Made by a program: the position numbers and the translations under genes. 64,000 nt of DNA from an uncultured Acidobacteriota bacterium. GTDB taxonomy: Bacteria; Acidobacteriota; JAQAZP01. Every line of letters starts with the position of its first letter. Position 1 is the stretch's first letter. The notes beneath the pieces are model-generated. The model was given only the letters and a program-made list of their open reading frames with translations, had not been told where the DNA came from and did not search any database. The DNA is taken from NCBI GenBank assembly GCA_963836075.1, contig CAWIIB010000001.1:2176001-2240000 (forward strand), in the 5' to 3' direction. Positions 31,628 to 41,634 of this stretch are shown here, one piece after another.

Positions 31628-32128
31628 ATGTCACAGGATTGGACGGTACGGAAAGCCACCGAGTTCGCGGTGAAGACCGAAGAGCTGGGCGCGTTGTTTT
31701 ACAAGAAGATGGCCAAGAAATTCAAGGACAACGCCGAGATGAAAGAGATCTTCGACCTGCTGGCCCGGGACGAGGAACTTCACGAACAGCAGTTCCGCAA
31801 ACTGCTGGACCGCACCGAGCCGGACAGTGAGGTATCGGGCTCGGAAGAGCAGATGGCCGTCCTGCGGGTGATGTCCATGTCCCAGTTCTTCATGGGCGAC
31901 GACGGGCTCTACGGCAAGCCGGAGGAGCTGACCGATGTGAAGAGCGCGCTGATCCGGGCCTTCGAGCTGGAGAAAGCCACCCTGCAGTACTACCAGGCGA
32001 TGAAGGACGTTGTGGGCGAGAACCAGACGGTAAACGCCATCATCAAGGCCGAGAAGAACCACCTGATGAAGCTGGCCGAGTATCTGATGACCGAGGCCAA
32101 GTTCCGCGGCCTGGCCGACACGGTCTGA
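31628..32128 (+). CDS. Ferritin-like / rubrerythrin-family di-iron protein
   Basis: Two E...FY/YY...ExxH units (EELGALFY...DEELH; EKATLQYY...AEKNH). Confidence 0.85.
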   Translation: MSQDWTVRKATEFAVKTEELGALFYKKMAKKFKDNAEMKEIFDLLARDEELHEQQFRKLLDRTEPDSEVSGSEEQMAVLRVMSMSQFFMGDDGLYGKPEELTDVKSALIRAFELEKATLQYYQAMKDVVGENQTVNAIIKAEKNHLMKLAEYLMTEAKFRGLADTV

Positions 32129-32176
32129 GATTGCCGCGTCGCAGGCTGCGCCTGCTCCTCTCAATGACAGAAAATG

Positions 32177-32212
32177 AGGCCCCTGACCGGTAACGGTCCA
32201 GGGGCCTTTTTT
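32177..32212 (+). terminator. Rho-independent terminator
   Basis: AGGCCCCTG-ACCG-GTAA-CGGT-C-CAGGGGCCT followed by a T run. Confidence 0.8.
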
Positions 32213-32233
32213 ACCCTTCAACACCTGTTCCAG

Positions 32234-32258
32234 GTGACTTTTCGTCCTCATTCCTGTC
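32234..32258 (+). promoter_or_regulatory. Putative ECF promoter GTGACTTTTC-N10-CTGTC (copy A)
   Basis: Same boxes and spacing as 35571-35595, upstream of the ECF gene. Confidence 0.65.
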
Positions 32259-32361
32259 ACAGGTAAGAGAGACCGAAAAGACCGGGATGCTGCCGCATTG
32301 CCCGGGGCCGGAGTGCTTCACCAACGGCCACACACTGTACGAGACCACAAGGAGGAGGGAC

Positions 32362-32766
32362 GTGGCCGCACTGACACTGCTGGACGACATCGGGCCCGCG
32401 CACGCGGATCTACTGCGCCAGGCCGGAATACGGTCCACCAACCAGCTGCTGGAAGAATGGCGCACCGACGAGGGGCGCCGGGAGCTTTCCCGGCGCACCG
32501 GCCTGGGCCGGGAGCAGATCGACCGCTGGGTGCGCCTGGCCGACCTCTGCCGGGTCAGGGGGGTGGGAACAGAGTATGCCCACCTGCTGGCCGCGGCCGG
32601 GGCAAGTACGGTCTCTGAACTGGCTGACCGGGAACCGGCAGGCCTGCTGCAGGAGATGGTGGAGCGCAACCGCACCGGGAAATTTGTCCAGCGGCTGCCC
32701 AGCCAGGGGAAAGTGCACCACTGGGTGGAGCAGGCGAGGAACCTGGTTCAAATAATCGGATACTGA
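32362..32766 (+). CDS. DUF4332-family (helix-hairpin-helix) protein
   Basis: IGP...L..AGI, WV.LADL.RV.GVG.EYA.LL.AAG...V.ELA, RLPS...WVEQA; GTG 32362 follows AGGAGG. Confidence 0.85.
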   Translation: MAALTLLDDIGPAHADLLRQAGIRSTNQLLEEWRTDEGRRELSRRTGLGREQIDRWVRLADLCRVRGVGTEYAHLLAAAGASTVSELADREPAGLLQEMVERNRTGKFVQRLPSQGKVHHWVEQARNLVQIIGY

Positions 32767-32914
32767 TCTTGCGGGCCATGATGTTTCGGCACGCTCGTGG
32801 GGGCTGGACCGGTGGAGGAACGGTCCGGCCCCTGTTTTATTTCACCTGCCGGCTGTGATTAAATGACCCCGCATCCACACCCTGGGACTGACGCGAAGCA
32901 TCACGGAGGAGATC

Positions 32915-35517
32915 ATGAGCGGCACGAAGGCGGGAGTAAAACCCCTGGAGAAGCTCGGCGCGTTTTACCTCGGCCGGGAATACGATCTGGCCGGCTCCCG
33001 GCTGCTGGACCGGCCGGTGGTCTATGACGCCCGGGACCTCACCACCCACGCCGTCTGCGTGGGGATGACCGGCTCGGGGAAAACCGGCCTGTGCATCGAC
33101 CTCCTGGAAGAAGCGGCGCTGGACGGCGTCCCGGCGATCATCATCGATCCCAAGGGCGACATGCCGAACCTGAACCTCACCTTCCCCGAGCTGCGGCCCG
33201 CCGACTTCGAGCCGTGGGTCAACGTGGACGATGCGCGGCGCAAGGGGATGAGCGTGCCGGACTATGCCAGACACATCTCCACCACCTGGAAAAAGGGCCT
33301 GGAGGACTGGGGGCAGGGCCCGGAGCGGATCCGGCGGCTGCGCGAGAGCGCGGAGGTGAGCGTGTTCACCCCGGGATCCAGCGCCGGCCTGCCGGTGTCG
33401 ATCCTCGCCTCGCTGAAAGCCCCGGTGGTGGACTGGGACCGCGACGCCGAAGCGGCCCGGGACCAGATCCGGGGCACGGTGAGCGCCCTGCTGGGTCTGG
33501 CCGGGGTGGATGCCGACCCGCTGCGCAGCCGGGAGCACATCCTGCTCTGCACCATCTTCGAGCACTTCTGGCGCGAGGGGCAGGACCTCGACCTGGCCGC
33601 CCTGATCACCTCGATCCAGGCGCCGCCGGTGCGCCGGCTGGGGGTGTTCGACGTGGACACCTTCTTCCCCGAGAAGGACCGCTTCACCCTGGCCATGTCG
33701 CTGAACAACATCCTCGCCGCCCCGGGGTTCGAGACCTGGCTCCGCGGTGAACCGCTGGACGTGGGCCGGCTGCTGCAGACCGGCGACGGGAAACCGCGCC
33801 ACAGCATCTTCTACATCGCCCATCTCAACGACGCGGAGCGGATGTTCTTCACCACCCTGCTTCTCGAGCAGGTGGTCAGCTGGGTCCGCCGCCAGCCGGG
33901 GACCACCAGCCTCAGGGCCCTGCTCTATTTCGACGAGATTTTCGGCTTCCTGCCCCCGGTGTCCAACCCGCCCTCCAAGCGGCCCCTGCTCACCCTGCTC
34001 AAACAGGCCCGGGCCTACGGCCTGGGGGTGATGCTGACCACCCAGAACCCGGTGGACCTGGACTACAAGGCACTGGGCAACACCGGCACCTGGTTCATCG
34101 GCAAGCTGCAGACCGAGCGGGACAAGATGCGGGTGCTCGACGGCCTGGAGACCGCGGCCACCGGCGGCGGCGAACCGCTGCAGCGCGGGGACCTGGAAAA
34201 GATGATCGCCGGTCTGGGGTCGCGGGTCTTCCTGCTGCACAACGTCCACGAGGAGAGCCCGCTGATCTTCCAGACCCGCTGGGCCATGAGCTACCTCCGC
34301 GGCCCGCTCACCGGGGACCAGATCCGGCAGCTGCGGGAGGAGCGGGGCCAGGCAACCGAGCCCCCGGCCGCAGAGGAGCAGACGGCGCCCACAGCCCAGC
34401 GCAAAAAAGGCACCGCGGCCGCCGCCCTTCCCGCAACCAGCCGGAGGACGCCCCGCCGCCGGACGGTTACACCGCCGGCCCGCCTCTGCTCTCCCCCGGT
34501 GTGGAGCAGTTCTTCATCCCGGCGGCCTTTGACGGCCACCGCGCCCTGGGCCTGCTGGAAAAGGAGCTGGGCCGCCAGGCCGCCGAGCCGGAGACGGCGC
34601 TGGTCTACGAGCCGGCCCTGCTGGCCCTGGGGCGGGTGAGCTTCGTGGACCAGAAACGGCGGGTCAACGTCAAGCGGCCGGTGGGCCGCCTGGTCCACGC
34701 CCGGGAGCTGGGGCCGGTGATCGACTGGTCGGACGCCGAGCCGTTTTCACTGGAGACGGAGGAACTGGAATCCCGGCCGGCGGCCGAAGCCTTTTTCGGC
34801 ACGGTCCCGGAGCAGCTCAACTCGGCCCGGGAGCTGAAAGCGTTGACCAAGGACTTTTCCGACGCCCTCTACCACGACCAGCGCCTGGAGCTGCAGCACA
34901 ACCCGACACTGAAGCTCTACGGCACGGCCGGTGAATCCGCCGCCGAGTTCAGCCTGCGGGCACGGCAGGCCGCCCGGGAACAGCGGGATGCCGAAGTGGA
35001 CAAGATGCGCCGCAAGTACCAGAAGAAGCTGGACAAGCTGGAGAGCCGGCTGGCCCGCGAGGAGCAGGAGCTGGAGCGGGACACGGCCACCTACGAATCC
35101 CGGAAGCGGGAGGAGCTGATCTCCGCCGGCGAATCGTTGATCGGCCTCTTCGGCGTGTTCGGCAAACGGCGCTCCAGCCGCGGGCTCTCCACCGCGGCCC
35201 GCAAGCGGCGGATGACCGCCAAGGCCAAGGCCTCCATCGCCGAGTCGAAGGAGGAGATCGAACGTCTGGAGCAGGAGATGGAGGACCTGCGGCGGGAGAT
35301 CGAGGAGGAGTCGGCGCTGATCGCCGAAACGTGGACCGAGGCGGCCGAGGCCAACGAACTGTTCCCGGTGAAACCGCGACGCAGCGACGTGAAAGTGGTG
35401 GCCCTGGGTCTGGCCTGGCTCCCGGCGTGGGAAATCACCCACCGCTCGGCCCGGGGCGGCCGGCTCACCGACCAGCTGCCGGCCTGGTTGGAAGCCCCGG
35501 CTGAAAGTGGGGTATGA
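32915..35517 (+). CDS. HerA/FtsK-like (DUF87) ATPase with a C-terminal coiled coil, split by one frameshift near 34437
   Basis: [47 protein letters not shown]; the sequence continues in the -1 frame as [10 protein letters not shown]...VEQFF. Confidence 0.8.
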
Positions 35518-35570
35518 TTGCCGCAATGGAGCGGTTCCACGCACCATTGTGTTGCTCACCCTTTGCGGCT

Positions 35571-35595
35571 GTGACTTTTCACACTTCATCCTGTC
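35571..35595 (+). promoter_or_regulatory. Putative ECF autoregulatory promoter GTGACTTTTC-N10-CTGTC (copy B)
   Basis: 20 nt upstream of the ECF start codon; matches 32234-32258. Confidence 0.65.
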
Positions 35596-35615
35596 CAAAC
35601 TAGAGGGGAAACGGG

Positions 35616-36221
35616 GTGCCGGAAGAGGATCTGAGAACTGACGAGGACCTGGTGCGTGAAGCCACCAGCGTCGCCGGCGGTGTGGCCGAGCCTTTCGAGG
35701 TTCTGGTGGAGCGCCACCAGGGGAAGATCCTCTCCAACTGCCGTTACCTGACGCGGTCCCCGGCGGATGCCGAGGACCTGGCCCAGGAAGTGTTTGTCCG
35801 GGCCTATTTTGCCCTGCCGCGCTTCGAGGGGCGGTCGGCATTCAAGACCTGGCTGAGGAAGATCAAGGTCAACCACTGCTTGAACTTCATCGCCAAGCAG
35901 AAGAACAGGGTGTTCGTGGACGTTGACGAACCGGGAGTGGAGAACGCACCGGGGCTCACCGTGGACGCCGCGGGCGTGAGCAGTCTGGAGGAGGCCGCCA
36001 CCCGCGAACGGATCAGCGCCACCATCGACGACCTCCCCGACACCCTGCGCATCCCGCTGATCCTGCGGGACGTGGACGGCTTCTCCTACCAGGAGATCGC
36101 CGACCAGCTGGGACTGGGGCTCTCGGCGGTGAAGATGCGGGTCAAACGGGGCCGCGAAGAGTTTCGCCGGCGGTTCAGCAACCCGGACGGCGGCAACGGA
36201 CGAGGGGGCGATACCTTTTGA
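35616..36221 (+). CDS. ECF RNA polymerase sigma factor
   Basis: DAEDLAQEVFVRAY, FSYQEIADQLGLGLSAVKMRVKRGR. Confidence 0.93.
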   Translation: MPEEDLRTDEDLVREATSVAGGVAEPFEVLVERHQGKILSNCRYLTRSPADAEDLAQEVFVRAYFALPRFEGRSAFKTWLRKIKVNHCLNFIAKQKNRVFVDVDEPGVENAPGLTVDAAGVSSLEEAATRERISATIDDLPDTLRIPLILRDVDGFSYQEIADQLGLGLSAVKMRVKRGREEFRRRFSNPDGGNGRGGDTF

Positions 36222-36487
36222 ACGACAATCTGGAACCGGACGAGACTCTGCCGGAGGATAACATCGACTGCGGCGAACCGCTGCCTGAGCTGGCGTCCCT
36301 GCGGGAGACGCCCTCCGCCGAGTTTGTTGACCGGGTCACCCGGGGGATCGGCCGGCGCCGTCTGGCCGCCGAGATGACCCAGGTCTCGGTCCAGATGCCC
36401 TTTTTCTGGCTGATGGAAATCCTCAATATCATGTTCCATTTTTTCACCGGAAAGATCACCCCAAAGGGAGGGCCGGACCGTGGATGA
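36218..36487 (+). CDS. Small protein coupled to the ECF gene, candidate anti-sigma
   Basis: Overlaps both neighbours; PSAEFVDRV..GI motif and an amphipathic or hydrophobic C-terminus. Confidence 0.55.
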   Translation: MNDNLEPDETLPEDNIDCGEPLPELASLRETPSAEFVDRVTRGIGRRRLAAEMTQVSVQMPFFWLMEILNIMFHFFTGKITPKGGPDRG

Positions 36488-37301
36488 AACCCTGCTCATC
36501 AAGGACCAGCTGATCAAGGCCTTTCAGGACATGATCGAATCGGTCATCTCCGCTGCCCCCACCATGATCTCCGGCATCGTGCTCCTGCTCCTGGCCCTCC
36601 TGGTCGCGAAAATCATCGAGCGGGTCTGTCGGATCATCTTCAAGCGGCTGCGGATCGATGCGCTGCCCGAAAAGCTCGGTCTGGAATCGAGCCTGAAACG
36701 TATCGGGATCACCAAGCCGCTGAGCCAGCTGCTGCCCCGGATTTTCTACTTCCTGCTGCTCTTCCTCTTTGCCCGGGCCATGTCGGACGCGTTGGGCCTT
36801 ACCGCCGTTTCCGATGCCCTGGGCGCCTTCCTCGGCTATGTGCCGAGCATGTTTGCCGCGGTGCTGATCATCCTGCTGGGCAGCGTGCTGGGCCAGTTCG
36901 CCGGGGGCACCATCGCCCGCTCCGCCGAAGGGTCGGGCCTCGATTTCGGGCCGGCGCTGGGCAACGTGGTCTCCGGCCTGATCTTCTTCGTCTCGGTGAT
37001 CATGGCCCTGAGCCAGTTGAAGATCGACACCGACATCATCCGCATCGTCACCGTCTGCTGTCTTTCGGCAGGAGCCCTGGCCTTTGGCCTCTCCTTCGGC
37101 CTCGGCACCCGCGAGACCACCCAGAACATCATCGCCGGGTTCTACGCACGGAAGATCTTCCGCGCCGGGCAGCCGCTGGAAGTCCGCGGCGAGAAGGGGA
37201 CGCTGAAAGCCATCGGCACCACCCAGACCCTGATCGACTGTGACGGCCGCACCGTGTCCGTGGCCAACAGCGTGTTCAACTCCGAGGTGGTGAAGCAGTA
37301 G
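36480..37301 (+). CDS. MscS-related / CmpX-like TM-helix membrane protein
   Basis: Two P.(I/M)..A..I(L)L.G repeats; FGLSFGLG.R....NIIAG; short beta C-terminus. Confidence 0.75.
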   Translation: MDETLLIKDQLIKAFQDMIESVISAAPTMISGIVLLLLALLVAKIIERVCRIIFKRLRIDALPEKLGLESSLKRIGITKPLSQLLPRIFYFLLLFLFARAMSDALGLTAVSDALGAFLGYVPSMFAAVLIILLGSVLGQFAGGTIARSAEGSGLDFGPALGNVVSGLIFFVSVIMALSQLKIDTDIIRIVTVCCLSAGALAFGLSFGLGTRETTQNIIAGFYARKIFRAGQPLEVRGEKGTLKAIGTTQTLIDCDGRTVSVANSVFNSEVVKQ

Positions 37302-37394
37302 GCCGGCGCCGGCCATCCCTTGACCCCGCTCCCCCGCAGGCCATACCATTCCGGGTCCTGCACGCCCGCACCGCGTTCACCAGGGAGATGCGCC

Positions 37395-38441
37395 ATGGCC
37401 AACATCCTGATCACCAACGTCTGCAACCGCAACTGCCCCTACTGCTTTGCCCGGGGCAAGGTGAGCCTGCCCGAAGAGGGCCGGGATCCCGGTGTGCAAG
37501 CACCCGAAGCGGCGGCGGACAGCGGCTTCACCCCGAAGTTCATCACCCTCGACGCACTGAACAGAATCCTCGATTTCTACCAGGCGACGCCCCGGGAGGA
37601 GATCGTCTTCCTCGGCGGTGAACCGACCATGCACCCGCAGTTCGCCGAGGCGGCCGAAGCGGTGTTCAGCCGGGGGCGGCCGCTGAAGATCTTCTCCAAC
37701 GGGATCATGCGCCAGGAGACCCGCGACTACCTCGCCGAGCGGGGCAGGGACGGCCGGATCATGATCATCGTCAACGTCAACGAGCCGGGGGCACGGGGCA
37801 GCAGCGAGGATACCGAGCTGCGCAAGACCCTGGAGCAGCTGGGGCGGATGGTCACCGTGGGATTCACCCTGTTCAAACCGGACGCGGAGATGGATTTCCT
37901 GCACCAGCTGATCGAGCAGTACAACCTTAACCCGGTAATCCGCTTCGGGATCGGCATGCCGATCTGGGGCCAGGACAACGCCCACCTCGAACTGGCGGAC
38001 CACCGCGAGGCCGCTGAGCGGATCACCCGGTTCTCCGAGCTCTCCGACCGGGAACGGGTCTTTATCAAGTTCGACTGCGGGATGATCCTCTGCATGTTCA
38101 GCCGGGAGCAGATCGGTCGCCTCTACTACTCCGGCTGCACCTTCCAGTCCACCTGCAACCCGATCCCCGACATCGACGCCGACCTCAACGTCTGGCACTG
38201 CTTCCCCCTCTCCCAGGTGGGACAGGTCCGGCTGGAGCAGTTCAGCAGCCCGCAGGAACTGAACGCCCACCTGAAACGCGAGATGAAGAGCCGGGCGGAC
38301 GGCGGTATCTTCGACGAGTGCCGCTTCTGCCGCCACTACCACCGGGGCTACTGCAAGGGGGGCTGTCTCTCGCGGGTGATGAAGGCACAGGAAAAGGGCG
38401 GTGCACTCCCCTCGATCAAGGAGTTCGGCCTGGAGATCTGA
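37395..38441 (+). CDS. Radical SAM protein with a SPASM-like C-terminal domain
   Basis: CNRNCPYC, GGEPTMHP, C-terminal C..C.....C.GGC; start re-assigned to ATG 37395. Confidence 0.88.
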   Translation: MANILITNVCNRNCPYCFARGKVSLPEEGRDPGVQAPEAAADSGFTPKFITLDALNRILDFYQATPREEIVFLGGEPTMHPQFAEAAEAVFSRGRPLKIFSNGIMRQETRDYLAERGRDGRIMIIVNVNEPGARGSSEDTELRKTLEQLGRMVTVGFTLFKPDAEMDFLHQLIEQYNLNPVIRFGIGMPIWGQDNAHLELADHREAAERITRFSELSDRERVFIKFDCGMILCMFSREQIGRLYYSGCTFQSTCNPIPDIDADLNVWHCFPLSQVGQVRLEQFSSPQELNAHLKREMKSRADGGIFDECRFCRHYHRGYCKGGCLSRVMKAQEKGGALPSIKEFGLEI

Positions 38442-38446
38442 AGTGC

Positions 38447-41400
38447 CTACTCCCAGGCCCCGGCCGCCACGAAGGCACCCCAGGCCCGGGGGTGCGCGCC
38501 GTGCCGGCTGCCGTTCTCACGGGCCCGCTGCAGCGCGTTCCTGGTGGCCCGGGACAGGGCACTGATCGCCGGTTCGCCGCCGAAGTGCAGCGAGTAGAGA
38601 TCCTCCATGAAGTGACGCGCCTCGTCGTCGGGCACCGGCCAGAGGCTCATCACGCAGACCCGGGCCCCGGCCAGCCGCGCCGCGCGCTGCAGGCCGAACA
38701 CCCCCTCGCCCCAGCGGATCTCCCCGGTGCCGGTGCCGCAGCCGCTGAGCACCAGCCAGGCGGTGCCCTGCAGGTCGAGGGTGGCCAGCTCCTCGGCGGT
38801 GAGCAGGCCGTCGCCGGTCTCGCGCCGCGCCGCCGAAGCCGGGTCGGCAGCGCCGGCCAGCAGCAGACCGGAGAGCAGCAGCGGGTTCTGCCGCACCGTA
38901 TCGGTGCCGCCGAAGATGTCGATGCGCCGGGGCAGCAGATCCTGGCCGGTATCCTCCTCGAGGTAGAACCCGTGGGTGGCGAGGTGGACTATCTCCCGCC
39001 CCGAGGCCTGTTCTCTCAGTTTCGTCTCGTTGGCCTCGCGCCCCAGCAGCAGATCCGCCCGCCCCTGGCGGTGCCGGCGGTAGAGCGCCTCGATGGCCGC
39101 CGCCTCCCGGGCGGTGCCGGGGAGCGGCGCGGGCCCGCCGGACACCCCGAATACCGGGTCGGCCAGGGCCAGCAGGCCCGAACCGGACTGAGCCGAACCG
39201 TTCCGGCGCACCAGGTCCAGCGGCGTGGAGAGGAGGTGCAGGTCGAGAGACTCCACCAGGTAGGATGTCTGGTCCACGGCCAGGGTGGCGAAGGAGACCA
39301 GGTGCAGCGGCCCGTCAGGGACGATGAACACCGAGCTGCAGCCCTCCAGCAGCGGGGCCACGGGGAACCAGACGTGCCGGCATAGTTCGAGGGAAGCCCG
39401 GCGGAACTTGCGCTCCCGCGGGGGGGCACAGTAGAGGAAGGGCGCCTCGATCTCCCGGCGGTACGCGCCCACCAACCGGTCGGTCTCCACGCCGGTGCCC
39501 AACGGGACCAGGTGGATCTGCGGTTCCTGCTCATGAAGCACGACGAAAGCCAGGTCGCTCTCCACCGGTTCGCCGCCCATGGCCGGTCGGACCTCCCCCG
39601 GTTGAACCGGGGCCGACGAGCCGGGAAGACGGTTGAAACGGGAGTAGCTGACCAGGGCCGTGTCCGGCGGCAGTGCGGCGGCCAGATCCTGCCAGGTCAT
39701 GCGGTCCCGTTCCCGTCGATACTGGAGAAAGGCGCCGAACTCCGAGCTGAGACGGGCCAGATGCCGCTCGCAGCGTTCCTTTTCCCGGTGGGCGTCCTCC
39801 ACGTTGCGCCGGTAGCGGTCCGGGTCGGCCGTGGCCTCGGCATAGACCGCGTTGGCCAGGCGCACCCGCGCCCGGTCGTATGCGCCGCGGGCTTCACCAA
39901 GCTCCGGCGAGCCCGATTCCAGGGACGCCCGCCGCCGTTCCGCCAGGTGGTCCATCACCGTGGTCCGCAACGGCACCAGGGCGCTGAAGGTCCGCCCCGC
40001 AACCCCTTCCCCATCCAGCATCAGCGCGGTGGTGAGCAGGAGATCGGAGGCCAGCTGGATCTTCCGCCCGAAGCGCAGCACGTCCAGTTCCGAAGAGACG
40101 GCGAACAGGGTGTCCCACAGCTGGCGGTAACGGGTCACCGCCTCCAGCGAGATATCCCAGGCCCGGTCCGGCTTCCCGGCCATGAGCCAGACCCGGGCCC
40201 GGTCGAGCAGCAGTTCCAGGCGGGCGGGGTGGTCGGGTCCCAGAGTGGATTCGATGATCTTCAGGCAGCGGTCCAGCAGCCGCCCCGCTTCGTCCAGATC
40301 GCCCTCCAGGGCGTGAAGCATGGCCAGGTTGCGCAGCGGCCCGGCCACCATGGGGTGGTCCCGTCCCCGGACGTTTTCCTGGATCCTGATGCTTTCCAGG
40401 CAGTGGCGGCGGGCTTCGGCGTACCGGCCGTCACGCTCGTAGACCATGGCCAGGCTGTTCAGCACCACCGCCATGTCGATGTGTTCCGGCCCCCGGGCCC
40501 GGCGGGTCACCTCCAGGCTCTGCTCCAGCAGTTCGCGGGCCGGTTCGATCTCACCGAGATCGAGGAGCAGCAACGCCAGGTTGTTGCGGCTTTTGGCGGT
40601 GAGCGGGTGGTCGGGGCCCAGCGACTTCTCGCAGATCGCCATGGCCCGCTCCATCAGCGGCCGGGCGCCGAGGCTGTTCCCCTGGTGCAGGAAGAGCGCG
40701 GCCATGTTGTTCAGGGTGAAGGCCACCAGCGGGTGGTCCGGGCCGAACTCTTCCTCCTCCACGGCCAGCGCGCGGTCGTAGAGGCTGCGGGCGCCGGCCA
40801 GGTCTCCCTGCACCTGAAGCAGCAGCCCCAGGTTGTTCATCGCCCGGGCCACCGTGGGGTGCTCCGGGCCGAGGTTCTTTACACGGATCTCCAGGCCCCG
40901 TTCCATCAGCGGCCGGGCGCCGGCCAGATCCCCCTGGTCGCGGAGCAGCCGGGAGAGGTTGATGCAGGCTTCGGCCACGGCATCGTGGTTCGGTCCGTGG
41001 AGCTTCTCCCGCAGGGCCAGGCTCTGCTGGAGCAGCGGCCGGGCCGCGGAGAAGTCCCCCTTCTCCTGGATCACCACCGCCAGGTTGTTCAGCGCCTCGG
41101 CAGTGTCGGGATGTTCCGACCCGTGGAGCTGCTGGAGGATCTCCAGATTCCGCCGGCCCAGTTCGAGTGCCTCATCGGTCTGGCCCTTGCGAAAGAGCAG
41201 TTCCACCAGCAGCGGCATCCAGGCCGCCGCCTCCACCGACAGCTCACCATGCTCGGCCGTGGCGGCGGCCAGGCCCTGCCGGGCCAGCCGCTCAGCCTCA
41301 TCGTAGCGGCCGCTCTCCAGCTGGTCTCTGGCCTCCCCCATGGCGGGATCCGATTCATCCGCCGCCCGGAGCGCCACCGAGGCCGGGCCGGAGAACTGAA

Positions 41401-41458
41401 CCGCCAGCAGCAGAACAGCCATGGTTATGAACAGACAGGGTTTGGAGACACCGTTCAT
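38447..41458 (-). CDS. TPR-repeat CHAT-domain (caspase-like) protein with an N-terminal signal peptide
   Basis: Kinesin-light-chain-type TPRs (GP[ED]HP..A..LNNL); CHAT motifs VPDGPLH, HLATHG, VLSGCGTG, SLWPVPD. Confidence 0.92.
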   Translation of the reverse strand: MNGVSKPCLFITMAVLLLAVQFSGPASVALRAADESDPAMGEARDQLESGRYDEAERLARQGLAAATAEHGELSVEAAAWMPLLVELLFRKGQTDEALELGRRNLEILQQLHGSEHPDTAEALNNLAVVIQEKGDFSAARPLLQQSLALREKLHGPNHDAVAEACINLSRLLRDQGDLAGARPLMERGLEIRVKNLGPEHPTVARAMNNLGLLLQVQGDLAGARSLYDRALAVEEEEFGPDHPLVAFTLNNMAALFLHQGNSLGARPLMERAMAICEKSLGPDHPLTAKSRNNLALLLLDLGEIEPARELLEQSLEVTRRARGPEHIDMAVVLNSLAMVYERDGRYAEARRHCLESIRIQENVRGRDHPMVAGPLRNLAMLHALEGDLDEAGRLLDRCLKIIESTLGPDHPARLELLLDRARVWLMAGKPDRAWDISLEAVTRYRQLWDTLFAVSSELDVLRFGRKIQLASDLLLTTALMLDGEGVAGRTFSALVPLRTTVMDHLAERRRASLESGSPELGEARGAYDRARVRLANAVYAEATADPDRYRRNVEDAHREKERCERHLARLSSEFGAFLQYRRERDRMTWQDLAAALPPDTALVSYSRFNRLPGSSAPVQPGEVRPAMGGEPVESDLAFVVLHEQEPQIHLVPLGTGVETDRLVGAYRREIEAPFLYCAPPRERKFRRASLELCRHVWFPVAPLLEGCSSVFIVPDGPLHLVSFATLAVDQTSYLVESLDLHLLSTPLDLVRRNGSAQSGSGLLALADPVFGVSGGPAPLPGTAREAAAIEALYRRHRQGRADLLLGREANETKLREQASGREIVHLATHGFYLEEDTGQDLLPRRIDIFGGTDTVRQNPLLLSGLLLAGAADPASAARRETGDGLLTAEELATLDLQGTAWLVLSGCGTGTGEIRWGEGVFGLQRAARLAGARVCVMSLWPVPDDEARHFMEDLYSLHFGGEPAISALSRATRNALQRARENGSRHGAHPRAWGAFVAAGAWE

Positions 41459-41634
41459 CAGGTCAATACCAGGGTTGGTCCGGCCCGCCCGGGACCGGAG
41501 TGGTGATGCCTCTAAGTGTATATCTCCCGTCCCGCGTTGACAACGAGGGTGGTTTCTGCGAACATCTCGCCAAGACTACGCTTAAACTGTTCATTTTATA
41601 GCTGTTGCGCCAGCTGTCCCCGGGGCGGGAAGAG

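Noticed and set aside
34402-34409. AAAAAAG slippery sequence as a programmed -1 frameshift in the HerA-like ATPase
   Set aside because: It is out of phase for A-AAA-AAG, and the zero frame stays linker-like until about 34437, where one missing C explains the shift.
36218-36487. Small ORF as a RiPP precursor for the radical SAM enzyme
   Set aside because: It is coupled to the ECF gene, looks like an anti-sigma, and is separated from the radical SAM gene by the membrane-protein gene.
38447-41458. TPR-CHAT plus nearby sigma factors as a type III-E CRISPR (Craspase) module
   Set aside because: No cas genes or repeat-spacer array are present in the window, and the CHAT protein appears to be exported.
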